From Chthoniobacterales bacterium (GTDB lineage: Bacteria; Verrucomicrobiota; Verrucomicrobiia; Chthoniobacterales; DASVRZ01): a stretch of DNA of 64,000 nt. A program made the position numbers and the translations under genes. A model generated the notes under the pieces. It saw only the letters and a list, made by a program, of their open reading frames with translations, had not been told where the DNA came from and made no database searches. Positions 1 to 8,328 of the stretch are shown piece by piece. The stretch spans positions 236,498 to 300,497 of the forward strand of contig JBBRNR010000001.1 in assembly GCA_038230215.1 (NCBI GenBank), read 5' to 3'. Within the stretch, counting starts at the first letter, position 1. Each line of letters starts with the position of its first letter.

Positions 1-753
1 TTTCTCCTCCTCCGCAAATACACCCTGCAACTCCCCGCCGTCGCCGAAGGCGAACTCGACGACGCTCTGCCTGCCGAAAGCGATCTGCTCGCCCTGCTGG
101 ACCCCGTTTACAGCGTCACCCCACGCAACACCGAATACGCTATCAAACGCGGCCACAAACTCGTTAGCGCATTGACCGGCATTAACACCTTTCTCGCCGC
201 CCAAGTGTCGCCCCGCTCACCCATCACCAGCGGCGGAAAAGGCATCGCCGAGCTCGTCGCCGCCCTCGCCGCCCAGCCCGGCCTCGAACAAGTGGTGCAG
301 GATAAGGCCACCCTCCTCAAGCAAGCCCGGCAAACGCTCGCCAACAGAGCGCGCGACGTGGACCGTCTCAACAAGCGTTTCTACAAAAAACTCGAAGCCG
401 AAGCCCGCGACAACCCCTCCTTGGCCGAAGCCATGGGTCAGATCGTGACCGAAAGCGCCAACCTGCCCGGCACCCTCGGCATTCGCAGCATCCTGCAAGG
501 CGGCGACGACCAGCTCCACATCCTCGTGCAATACGAAAACGGCACCGGCGACAGCTCCACCGCGAACACGATCGAGTGGCGCATCGATGGAGTGGACACC
601 GATTTCAACCACACCCAACCCGCCTCTCCCGCGGGCAGCGCGTTAGGCCCATTCGCTGTCGGCCAAACGATCAAACTCCGCACCAGAACGAGAAACGCCA
701 ACGGCACGACCACCGGAAGCCTGCGCTCGCTCACTCTCCTGGCGCCCGTATGA
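1..753 (+). CDS. hypothetical protein, 5' end outside window (helical N-part, beta-rich Ig/FN3-like C-terminus)
   Basis: Frame 1 is open from nt 1 to the TGA at 751-753. The listed ORF 172..753 is only its Met-delimited part. The stop overlaps the next start (ATGA at 750-753). Confidence 0.55.
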   Translation, partial: FLLLRKYTLQLPAVAEGELDDALPAESDLLALLDPVYSVTPRNTEYAIKRGHKLVSALTGINTFLAAQVSPRSPITSGGKGIAELVAALAAQPGLEQVVQDKATLLKQARQTLANRARDVDRLNKRFYKKLEAEARDNPSLAEAMGQIVTESANLPGTLGIRSILQGGDDQLHILVQYENGTGDSSTANTIEWRIDGVDTDFNHTQPASPAGSALGPFAVGQTIKLRTRTRNANGTTTGSLRSLTLLAPV

Positions 754-1181
754 GATTTCTCCTGCGCATTTTCGCTTTCATCGGCTTGGTGATCTTTCTC
801 TACTTCGGGGCCTTGATGATGGGCGGCGTGTATATCGGTGCTCGGATCGGGGTGCAACACGTCTCAGATCCAGCCACCATTTCGCAACTCTCGTTTAAGG
901 AAGGGTACGAATTTGCCAGCCACTATCGACCCATCATTCTGGCGGTGGACGTGGTGATTTCAGCGTTCATCGCCTTCGGACTCCGATGGGGAAGTGCGCT
1001 CTTTTCCATCCCGCTGGCTGTCCTCGTCTTTCTGGGTTTGCAAAATTTGAAGCCGATTCAGATGGTGCCATTCCCATCCACCCCAAAGTCGATTGCCAGT
1101 CCGACCCGGACGATTCCCAAGCCGACGAGGGCCATCCAGCAGGGTACTCTTCTCAGCCCGGTCATGATCCCGTTACCTTAG
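750..1181 (+). CDS. small integral membrane protein (3-4 TM) with Pro-rich tail
   Basis: Internal ATG at 750 of ORF 576..1181 gives MRFLLRIFAFIGLVIFLYF... with hydrophobic segments. It is translationally coupled to the upstream gene. It ends at TAG 1179-1181, and the frame stays coding-like to 1313 (see findings). Confidence 0.55.
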   Translation: MRFLLRIFAFIGLVIFLYFGALMMGGVYIGARIGVQHVSDPATISQLSFKEGYEFASHYRPIILAVDVVISAFIAFGLRWGSALFSIPLAVLVFLGLQNLKPIQMVPFPSTPKSIASPTRTIPKPTRAIQQGTLLSPVMIPLP

Positions 1182-1362
1182 GGGGAGGCGACGCTGCCCA
1201 AGGGGACGGTGGTCACCATACTGTCCGAGGAGAAAGGAATGGCAGCCGTCAAAGCTCCCAACGGCGCTTTATTAAAGGTGCCCCTCACGCATTTAAAGCT
1301 TAATGGATTTTAACCGGTGTGCCCCAAGAGGAAGAATTGAGTCTGTCTGAGCCAAGGCGGCG

Positions 1363-2820
1363 TTATAATGAGAGACTGGCCATCTTCGCAACGACTGCGG
1401 GGTCCATTTTTACGAGGTCGGGCCAGGTGCGGGTGTAGCCTTCGCCAGCGAGTTTGCGGGTGGCGTCGAAGCCGATGTGACTCCCCATGTTCGCGACGGT
1501 TTGCGCGTGGTCCAGGGAGTCGCAGGGGCTTTTTACGAACGTGCTGTCGCGTTGCGGGTCGGTGTTGCTGAGCCAGCGGAAAAGGACTTCGCTGGTGTTG
1601 TGCACGTCGCAATCTTCGTCCACGACGACGATGTATTTGCTGAACATCATCTGGCCCATGCCCCAGAGGCCGTGCATGATTTTATACGCCTGCCACGGAT
1701 ATTGTTTGCGGATGCTGACCACGACGAGGTTGTGAAAAACGCCCTCGGCCGGGAGCGCCATATCGACGATCTCGGGGAAGTTCATTTTGAAGACGGGCAG
1801 GAAGATTTTCACGCTGGCGCTGCCCATGTAGAAGTCTTCCATGGGCGGAATACCGACGATGGTGGCGGGGTAAATCGCCTTTTGCCGGTGGGTGATGGCG
1901 GTGAGGTGGAAAACCGGGTAGTCGTCGATCGGCGTGTAGAATCCGGTGTGGTCGCCGAACGGGCCTTCGGGGCGGGTTTCGCCGGGTTGGACGTAGCCTT
2001 CGAGAACGAAGTCGGAGTCGGCGGGGACTTCGAGATCGTTGGTGACGCATTTGACGAGTTCGACGGATTGTTTTCTCAAGAAACCGGCGAAGAGGATTTC
2101 GTCGAGGCCGTCGGGAAGGGGCGCGGTGGCGGCAAAGGTGTAGGCCGGATCGCCGCCGAGACAGACGGCGACGGGCATGCGTTCGTTGCGTTCGTAGTAG
2201 CGTTTCCCGTGGCGGGCGGCGACTTTGTGGACCTGCCAGTGCATGCCGGTGGAACTCCCATCGTAAACCTGCATGCGATACATGCCGATGTTGCGTTCGC
2301 CGAAGTCGGGGTCGCGCGTGTAAACCGTCGGCAGTGTGATGAAGCGTCCGCCGTCCTGCGGCCAGCATTTCATGATGGGCAGATCATTCAGTGAGAAGCC
2401 GGATTTTCCTGTGAGATGGATCACTTCCTGACACGCAGCGTCGGAGACTTTCTTGGGCCGGGCGTGGAGAAGGTCGAGGCCGTTCTTCAGCAAGTCCCAG
2501 CCTTCACGCAACGACTTCGGGGGTTTCGCTTTGAGCAGAAACTGCATCTGGTCCGCAATCTCCTGGACGTTGGAAACACCGAGCGCAGCAGCCATCCGGC
2601 GTTCGCTGCCCATCAGATTGATCGCCACGGGAAACTCCGATTTCTTCCCGTCGATCGTCGGGTTTTCGATGAGGAGCGCCTTCCCACCACAGGACGATTT
2701 CATCTGGCGGTCGGCCAGCTCGGTGATTTCGAGTTCGGTCGCAATGGGAGCGGTGATCCGCAAGAGTTCGCCCGCTTGATCGAGCTGGGAAATGAAACCG
2801 CCGAGGGAAGAGAACGCCAT
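1363..2820 (-). CDS. ubiD: UbiD-family (prenylated-FMN dependent) aromatic acid decarboxylase, quinone biosynthesis type
   Basis: 485-aa ORF with full-length UbiD-like sequence (..RITAPIATELEITELADR.., ..GGDPAYTFAATAPLPDGLDE.., ..EGPFGDHTGFY..). Confidence 0.9.
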   Translation of the reverse strand: MAFSSLGGFISQLDQAGELLRITAPIATELEITELADRQMKSSCGGKALLIENPTIDGKKSEFPVAINLMGSERRMAAALGVSNVQEIADQMQFLLKAKPPKSLREGWDLLKNGLDLLHARPKKVSDAACQEVIHLTGKSGFSLNDLPIMKCWPQDGGRFITLPTVYTRDPDFGERNIGMYRMQVYDGSSTGMHWQVHKVAARHGKRYYERNERMPVAVCLGGDPAYTFAATAPLPDGLDEILFAGFLRKQSVELVKCVTNDLEVPADSDFVLEGYVQPGETRPEGPFGDHTGFYTPIDDYPVFHLTAITHRQKAIYPATIVGIPPMEDFYMGSASVKIFLPVFKMNFPEIVDMALPAEGVFHNLVVVSIRKQYPWQAYKIMHGLWGMGQMMFSKYIVVVDEDCDVHNTSEVLFRWLSNTDPQRDSTFVKSPCDSLDHAQTVANMGSHIGFDATRKLAGEGYTRTWPDLVKMDPAVVAKMASLSL

Positions 2821-2911
2821 GGGAAATGATTAACCGCAAAGAGCGCAGAGAGCACAAAGATTATCTAGGCACTCGCCCATTTGCCCCCTCTTTGCGGTCT
2901 TTGTGGTTAAA
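2821..2911. repeat. palindromic intergenic element, copy A (left arm gggaaatgattaaccgcaaagagcgcagagagcacaaagatt, right arm ctctttgcggtctttgtggttaa)
   Basis: The left arm matches copy B at about 38 of 41 nt. The right arm contains the TAA stop of the GxxExxY gene. The element ends directly at the ubiD ATG (cat at 2818-2820). Confidence 0.8.
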
Positions 2912-3296
2912 TTTCTTTGCGGTCAGGGTTCCAGATAAACTTGCGGATCTCGAATTTATAGCTGCCAAAGTTGATGAGGAGCCCATGCTTAAGGCGAGCG
3001 GATTTGAGGTAGCCCATTATCTGCGCCTCGTGTTCTGGAGCCACTGTCTTGGCAGTTTTTAGTTCTACGAGTAACTGCTCTTCCACGAGAATGTCGGCAA
3101 AGTAATCTCCGATGAGCGTACCATCTTCGTCGAAGACTTTAATAGGGCTCTGCTGTGCAGCCTTGAGACCTGCATGACGGAGGCGATGAACGAGGGCGTT
3201 TTCATAGACTTTCTCCAGATGCCCCTGACCATGATAGAAGTGAATATCGTAAGCCGTCTGGCGCACCACATCGCACAAGGCTTTAATGTCAGTCAT
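2907..3296 (-). CDS. GxxExxY family protein (PD-(D/E)XK nuclease-like fold)
   Basis: 129 aa with GQGHLEKVYENAL (the GxxExxY motif), ..DILVEEQLLVELKT.. and a ..HGLLINFG.. ending. GC is visibly lower than in the neighbours. Confidence 0.8.
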   Translation of the reverse strand: MTDIKALCDVVRQTAYDIHFYHGQGHLEKVYENALVHRLRHAGLKAAQQSPIKVFDEDGTLIGDYFADILVEEQLLVELKTAKTVAPEHEAQIMGYLKSARLKHGLLINFGSYKFEIRKFIWNPDRKEI

Positions 3297-3394
3297 GGGA
3301 AATGATTAGCCGCAGAGAACGCAGAGAGCACAAAGATTAAAAACCATTAATCCTATTTCTCTTTTTTGCGGTCTCTGCGTTCTTTGTGGTTAAT
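3297..3394. repeat. palindromic intergenic element, copy B (29-bp imperfect stem 3308-3336 / 3363-3391, 26-nt loop)
   Basis: Hand pairing gives 23 Watson-Crick pairs, 4 G:U-type pairs (on the + strand) and 2 mismatches. The right arm contains the TAA stop of ORF 3390..4070. The left arm abuts the GxxExxY ATG. Confidence 0.8.
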
Positions 3395-4070
3395 TCTGCT
3401 TCTTCGCGCGGACGACGAGTTTTTCGTCTTTGATTTCCAGCGCCGTGAGGTTGTTTCCTATGGAATCGCTCTCCGATATCGATGGAACTCCCAGGCTCTC
3501 GACGAAGTTTTTCGAGGTGATGTAGCGCATCGCCCAACGGGGAAACTCCGTATCGCCAGTGCGCACGCTGACGTTGTTCGGATGCGGCTTGCCTTTCTCC
3601 GTGATGAACGTCATGGAGACGTCGCCGTTAAAATAGCGGTCCTGCATGAGTCGAATCTGACTCAATGGAAAGCTCACCTGCGCCGAGATATGGTCGCCCT
3701 CGATGCTGGTGGAGACTTTCCCGCGTAAGGCGGACCACGGCTCGTATTTCGCGATCAGCGTGTTGATTTCGTTCGCGGAAAGAATGATCTCGGCTTCCTG
3801 TCCAGCGTCGAACGCAGTGTTAAACGCCTTCACCTTGTCGAGTGCGATCTGCGTTTCCAGGTCGGTCGGAGTGTAAACCGGGATCGCTTTTCCCTCGGCG
3901 ACGGTCATGCTTTTGATGCCGTTGAACGTGCTCCAAGCGCCCCAGAAGAGCGCGCCGCCGAGCAGCAGAAAAATGACGAACGCCATCGCGCAACCGCCGC
4001 CGAGGCAGCCGCAGCCCGATTTCTTTTCGCGGTTCATGGGCGTGAGGACAGATGGGAGTTGCGGGCGCAT
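3390..4070 (-). CDS. hypothetical membrane-anchored protein
   Basis: 226-aa ORF with an N-terminal Cys/Gly-rich segment then a TM helix (AMAFVIFLLLGGALFWGAW). No family recognised. The start could be Met12 (4037). Confidence 0.6.
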   Translation of the reverse strand: MRPQLPSVLTPMNREKKSGCGCLGGGCAMAFVIFLLLGGALFWGAWSTFNGIKSMTVAEGKAIPVYTPTDLETQIALDKVKAFNTAFDAGQEAEIILSANEINTLIAKYEPWSALRGKVSTSIEGDHISAQVSFPLSQIRLMQDRYFNGDVSMTFITEKGKPHPNNVSVRTGDTEFPRWAMRYITSKNFVESLGVPSISESDSIGNNLTALEIKDEKLVVRAKKQN

Positions 4071-4082
4071 GGGTCGGATGTT

Positions 4083-5018
4083 TTAGCGGCTGAGTTCCAA
4101 CATGCGCAAGATCGGTTTTTCCGCGCGCAGCCGAATGGATTCGTCCATGAGGAGTTCCGGCGAGAGGTTGAGCAGGGCCGAATGGAGCTTTTCCAGCGTG
4201 TTCATTTTCATGTAGCGGCAATCAGCGCAGGCGCAATTTTCCGTCGGCCCGGGGATGAACGTTTTGCCCGGCACCTCGCGCCGCAGCCGGTGCAGCATGC
4301 CGCTTTCGGTGACGATGATGAAGGCGTCCGCCGGGTTTTCCTTGCAGAAACCGATCATTTTCTCGGTCGAACAAATCTCGTCGGCGAGCAGCCGGACGGC
4401 GGCGGAACATTCTGGGTGCGCCACTACCGGAGCCGCTGGATATTCCTCGCGAATCTGCCGGATGCTGCGCGCTGTGAACTCCATGTGCAGGTAACAATTC
4501 CCTTGCCAGAGATCCATCGGCCGGCCGGTTTTTTCCATCACCCACGCGCCGAGATTTTGGTCGGGCACGAAAAGAATGTTGCGATCTTTCGGCGCGGCGT
4601 TGACGATTTTCACGGCGTTCCCGCTCGTGCAAATAACGTCCGACTGTGCCTTCACGCCCGCGCTGCAGTTGATGTAGGCGATGACGTAGTAGTTTTTGTC
4701 GGCGTGCATTTGCAGATGCGCAGCAAGTTTTTCTGGCGGGCAGGAATCGGAGAGCGAGCAGCCCGCGTAGAGGTCGGGCAGGAGAACGGTGCGCGACGGA
4801 TTGACGATTTTCGCAGTCTCAGCCATGAAATGCACTCCGCAGAAGACAATGCAACTCGCCTCAGTTTCCTTAGCCTTGTAAGCGAGCCCGAGCGAGTCGC
4901 CCACGTAATCGGCCACGTCCTGAATGTCACCCGTCTGGTAGTTGTGCGCGAGAATGACCGCGTTGCGCACGCGTTTCAGTTCGAGGATTTCCTCCGCTAG
5001 ATCGACTCCGGTCATCAT
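4083..5018 (-). CDS. nadA: quinolinate synthase
   Basis: Sequence ..VILAHNYQTGDIQDVADYVGDSLGLAYKA..FCGVHFMAETAKI..YINCSAGVKA.. is typical NadA. Start placed at the MMTGVD Met pair (5018) rather than the ORF maximum (5078). Confidence 0.9.
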   Translation of the reverse strand: MMTGVDLAEEILELKRVRNAVILAHNYQTGDIQDVADYVGDSLGLAYKAKETEASCIVFCGVHFMAETAKIVNPSRTVLLPDLYAGCSLSDSCPPEKLAAHLQMHADKNYYVIAYINCSAGVKAQSDVICTSGNAVKIVNAAPKDRNILFVPDQNLGAWVMEKTGRPMDLWQGNCYLHMEFTARSIRQIREEYPAAPVVAHPECSAAVRLLADEICSTEKMIGFCKENPADAFIIVTESGMLHRLRREVPGKTFIPGPTENCACADCRYMKMNTLEKLHSALLNLSPELLMDESIRLRAEKPILRMLELSR

Positions 5019-5094
5019 GGGGCGCGAAATATAGGAGCGTCCGCCGCGAAAGGCAACGGCTACCCACGCGTCACCCAACCCACTGCGGTCTCCA

Positions 5095-5129
5095 TAGCAA
5101 AAGGCCAGCTCCGTTACCAGAGCTGGCCC
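5095..5129 (-). terminator. putative rho-independent terminator after the Met-rich gene
   Basis: 9-bp stem ggccagctc / gagctggcc (5103-5111 / 5120-5128), followed on the minus strand by TTTT (A-run 5099-5102). Confidence 0.5.
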
Positions 5130-5159
5130 CTTGAATGAAATAAAACTACCGGAGGCAGT

Positions 5160-5483
5160 TTATTCGGATTTTTGCTTCATCTTGTCAGCAGACATGGCGG
5201 GTTTTTCCATCATCTTGCCTTCCATGTCCATCATGTCTCCGTCTTTCATCATCATCTTTTTCTCACCCATCATGACCGTGCCGTCTTTCATGACGTGAGT
5301 GCCGTTTTTCATTTCCATGTCCTTGTCCATCTTCATGGATTTGCCGTCTTTGCAGACCATCATATTACCGTCTTTCATCATAACGCAGTCCTTCATCATG
5401 TCCTCGGCGAGGGCGATGCTGGCGAAGGAAGCCGAGGCGATGAGGGCGACGACGAGTTGTTTGGCGATTGAGTTGAGTTTCAT
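5160..5483 (-). CDS. secreted methionine-rich pentapeptide (MXKDX-type) repeat protein
   Basis: Signal peptide MKLNSIAKQLVVALIASASFASIALA. The mature part is about 28% Met (23 of about 81 residues by my count) with reiterated MMKDG / MKMDKDMEMK motifs and 2 Cys. Confidence 0.75.
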   Translation of the reverse strand: MKLNSIAKQLVVALIASASFASIALAEDMMKDCVMMKDGNMMVCKDGKSMKMDKDMEMKNGTHVMKDGTVMMGEKKMMMKDGDMMDMEGKMMEKPAMSADKMKQKSE

Positions 5484-5662
5484 ATTTATTGGTTCTTTTG
5501 TGGTTTTTACTGATCTAAGGGCGATTCAATAAATCCACCCGACAGGGTGAACCGGGGCCAGCCTGGAAATGCCCGGGCAGGCGGTTGGAAATAGTCCAAC
5601 ACTTATTGTTTCGATACTGCTTAGAGGTATCGAAGGTGATCTTTATTCCGGCTTCTTTAATT

Positions 5663-6880
5663 TCAAGACAAGAGGGCAGACTCGAAGTCGGCCAGGACTT
5701 TGGCGTGGTCGAAGCGGGAGACGTAGGTGTGACCGTTGCGCTGGTAGGTTTCGAGTTGCATTGGATTGGCAGCGAAATCTTCCAAGACTTTTACCAGAAT
5801 GTCTGTCTGGCCTGGGAGAATGTTGGTGCCAAATTGGCCTTCCAGCACGGCGGCGGCCAAGGCGCTGTCGGCGTCGCCCACGCTGATGACGGCGCGGCGG
5901 TAGGCCAGTGTGGGGAGCAGTTTGCTGGGCAGAAACGCGCTGCCGGAACCGGCTTGCTGCGTGATGAGGCAGACGTTGGCGGTTTGCAGCATGGCGCGGT
6001 AGTCGTCGTCAGCAAGTAGGGGGAGGAGTCGGATGTTAGTCAGATTGAGGCGGGCGATTTCCTCTTCTAACAGTGGCCTGCGCGCGCCGTCGCCGCAGAT
6101 GATAATTTGGATTTTCGGATTGGTGAGAAGCGCGGCGGCGGCGGGAAGGATTTCGAGGCCTTGCTTGACTCCAAGGTTGCCGGAATAGATGGCTAGAAAA
6201 TCGTCGGAGTTAAATCCGTATCTCGCCCGGAAATCCACTGTGGAAAATTTCTCCGCGCCGCCTGCTCCTAACACGTCGAAGCCATTGGCTAGCAAGGTGA
6301 CCTTCTCCGGCGACACACCTTTCCTAACAAAGGCGTCGATCATGCCCTGTCCGATCCCGCTGACTTTGCTGGCGTGCCGATAGGCGAGAGCCTCGATCCC
6401 GTAGAGTAGCCGGGTAAACAAACCGGGCTTAAGCATGTTTAACCCGACAGCGGCATCGGGCTGCAAATCCTGGACGTGGAAATGGTAGCGGTTGCCGCGC
6501 AACGAAGTGAGCAGCCACGCGGCAACTCCCAGTAGAAGCGGCGGCGAAACGACGACGACAACATCGGATTTTCGAAGGAGCAGGGCGCGCAAGAAGGAGG
6601 CGACGACGAAGGTGCCCTCGTGCAAAATGCGCTTCGCGGCGGAGACTTTGTGGGGGACGTAATGCCAGCAGCGGTGGACTCGCACTCCGTTTAAAACGTC
6701 GTCGCGCCAGAGGCGTCCGCGATCTTCGGGGCGCTTCTCCCATTGCGGATAGTAGGCGAAACTGGTGACCATCTCGACATCGTGTCCGCGCGCATGGAGA
6801 AACTCGCAGAGCGCGACGTTGCATGGCGCGATGCCGGTGACTTCGGGCGCGTAGTTGATTCCCCAGACGATGACTCTCAT
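5663..6880 (-). CDS. glycosyltransferase family 4 (WcaI-like)
   Basis: 405 aa. The N-terminus MRVIVWGINYAPEVTGIAP.. and the C-terminal GT-B part (..FLPSKLLPTLAYRRAVI..) resemble WcaI-type GT4 enzymes. Confidence 0.75.
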   Translation of the reverse strand: MRVIVWGINYAPEVTGIAPCNVALCEFLHARGHDVEMVTSFAYYPQWEKRPEDRGRLWRDDVLNGVRVHRCWHYVPHKVSAAKRILHEGTFVVASFLRALLLRKSDVVVVVSPPLLLGVAAWLLTSLRGNRYHFHVQDLQPDAAVGLNMLKPGLFTRLLYGIEALAYRHASKVSGIGQGMIDAFVRKGVSPEKVTLLANGFDVLGAGGAEKFSTVDFRARYGFNSDDFLAIYSGNLGVKQGLEILPAAAALLTNPKIQIIICGDGARRPLLEEEIARLNLTNIRLLPLLADDDYRAMLQTANVCLITQQAGSGSAFLPSKLLPTLAYRRAVISVGDADSALAAAVLEGQFGTNILPGQTDILVKVLEDFAANPMQLETYQRNGHTYVSRFDHAKVLADFESALLS

Positions 6881-6909
6881 GCGAATTTTAGTGCGAGATT
6901 CGTTTTAGG

Positions 6910-8226
6910 TTAGAAGGCGCTGCTGGCATTCGGCTGTGCGACAGCTTTTTTCATTTCGCCAACCCGCATTTGGGCCAGGGTGAAATTAATCACGATGCCC
7001 GGAATGTTTCCGAGCAATCCCATCCAGAGCACGCCGGCGACGGTGGAAACGGGCAGCAGCCAGATGAGCAGCGCTTGTGTTAGCACCGAGGCGGGAATGT
7101 AAAGCCACGGGGCCACAATCCAGCCGCGAGTGGAGTTGAGTCCCCAGAGGTTTCCGCCGATAACTCCCAGTACCGAACCGGCGACCATGAGGAGAACTTC
7201 CTTCTCCAAATGTTGATATTTGTTTCCTAATATCCAAAGAAGTTCCTTCGGAAAAAGTTGGGCAAACGCGCACATGACGAAGCCCATGAGGAGGAACAAA
7301 CCGATGATTTGCAAGTAGCGGCGCCAGAGCAAATGCGGCTCCTGAATGTGGGCAAATCGCGGATATATAATGGTGCTCATGACGGAACCGACGACGGCAA
7401 AGACGCGCGCCAAGGCCGACAGCGCAGCGACATCGGCAAGGTTGCTAACATTGCCGGTGAGCGAGATGAGAAAGATCGTGATCTGGCCGTAGATGCAGTA
7501 GTAGATGGAGCTGGGAAGCTGGCGCTTGATGAGACTGACGAGCACTTTTTTATCCTCGGCATTTACCGATGCCGCGGGGTCGGCCAGTGGGGGCATCCAG
7601 CGTCGTAAATAATGCGCCTGCACGATGGAACCGCCGAGGTTGGCGAGCAATGCGGTGAGCGTAGTCAGCCGGGTGAGCAGGGCGGCGCCGATGAGGCCGA
7701 GACGCAGAAGGGCAATGCCGATGTTGAGTTTTTGCAGACGAATTGCCTGTAAATGTAACTTGGGGATTTCCCCGAGGATGGAGGTGAGTATCTGGAAATA
7801 CGTGCCGATAATGACGATGCAAGTGATCCCGAATGTCTGCCAGGGCGGACAGCCGTTGTGGCGCAACAGATACCAGGTCAGCGGCGAGACGACGACCATG
7901 GTGAGGATGTTAAGCCGACGCCGGATATGTAACGCCGTGGCGATCAATTCACCGAAACGGCCGCGGTCGCGCCAGACCTTGCCGCCGATGGCGTAAATGC
8001 CCGCCCCGACACCGTTGTCGGAAAGGAGGGTCATCATTCCCAACATACAGTTGGCCAGATTGTAAAAGGCGGCGTCGGCCTTCGAGAAATGGTGAAACAG
8101 GAATATCCCGATGAGGAAACCGATGCCCTGCACGACGATCTCGCCGGAGATGAAGCGGGTGAGGAGCACCGTCCAGGTTCGCAGACGGATGCGGAAGCTG
8201 GATGGATGGGAGCTCGCTTCGGACAT
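6910..8226 (-). CDS. polysaccharide/oligosaccharide flippase-like multi-TM protein (Wzx/MOP superfamily)
   Basis: 438 aa, about 12 hydrophobic segments, adjacent to the GT4 gene. Confidence 0.6.
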   Translation of the reverse strand: MSEASSHPSSFRIRLRTWTVLLTRFISGEIVVQGIGFLIGIFLFHHFSKADAAFYNLANCMLGMMTLLSDNGVGAGIYAIGGKVWRDRGRFGELIATALHIRRRLNILTMVVVSPLTWYLLRHNGCPPWQTFGITCIVIIGTYFQILTSILGEIPKLHLQAIRLQKLNIGIALLRLGLIGAALLTRLTTLTALLANLGGSIVQAHYLRRWMPPLADPAASVNAEDKKVLVSLIKRQLPSSIYYCIYGQITIFLISLTGNVSNLADVAALSALARVFAVVGSVMSTIIYPRFAHIQEPHLLWRRYLQIIGLFLLMGFVMCAFAQLFPKELLWILGNKYQHLEKEVLLMVAGSVLGVIGGNLWGLNSTRGWIVAPWLYIPASVLTQALLIWLLPVSTVAGVLWMGLLGNIPGIVINFTLAQMRVGEMKKAVAQPNASSAF

Positions 8227-8328
8227 GATGCGGGCAGACTATTTATGCAGATGCCCCTTTTGTCGATGCTGCGCAGCCGAAATGCAGATGGGCAAAATCG
8301 ACTTCCTTCAGATTAGGATGGAAGTCCT

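Noticed and set aside
1179-1181. TAG decoded as pyrrolysine
   Set aside because: No pyl genes are in the window and the phylogenetic context makes it very unlikely. Sequencing error, a nonsense mutation or simple readthrough are more parsimonious.
2821-3394. Integron attC / gene-cassette interpretation of the GxxExxY palindromic elements
   Set aside because: The layout of an ORF followed by an imperfect palindrome is reminiscent of attC. However, the ends (TTAACC.. / ..GGTTAATC) do not fit the RYYYAAC / GTTRRRY cores, and no intI integrase or attI site is in the window. Left as a generic cassette hypothesis only.
5569-6019. Plus-strand ORFs 5569..5886 and 5585..6019 in or next to the glycosyltransferase 3' end
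   Set aside because: They overlap the well-supported GT4 gene on the opposite strand and have no motifs. The intergenic part (5484-5662) shows only short 5-bp hairpins.
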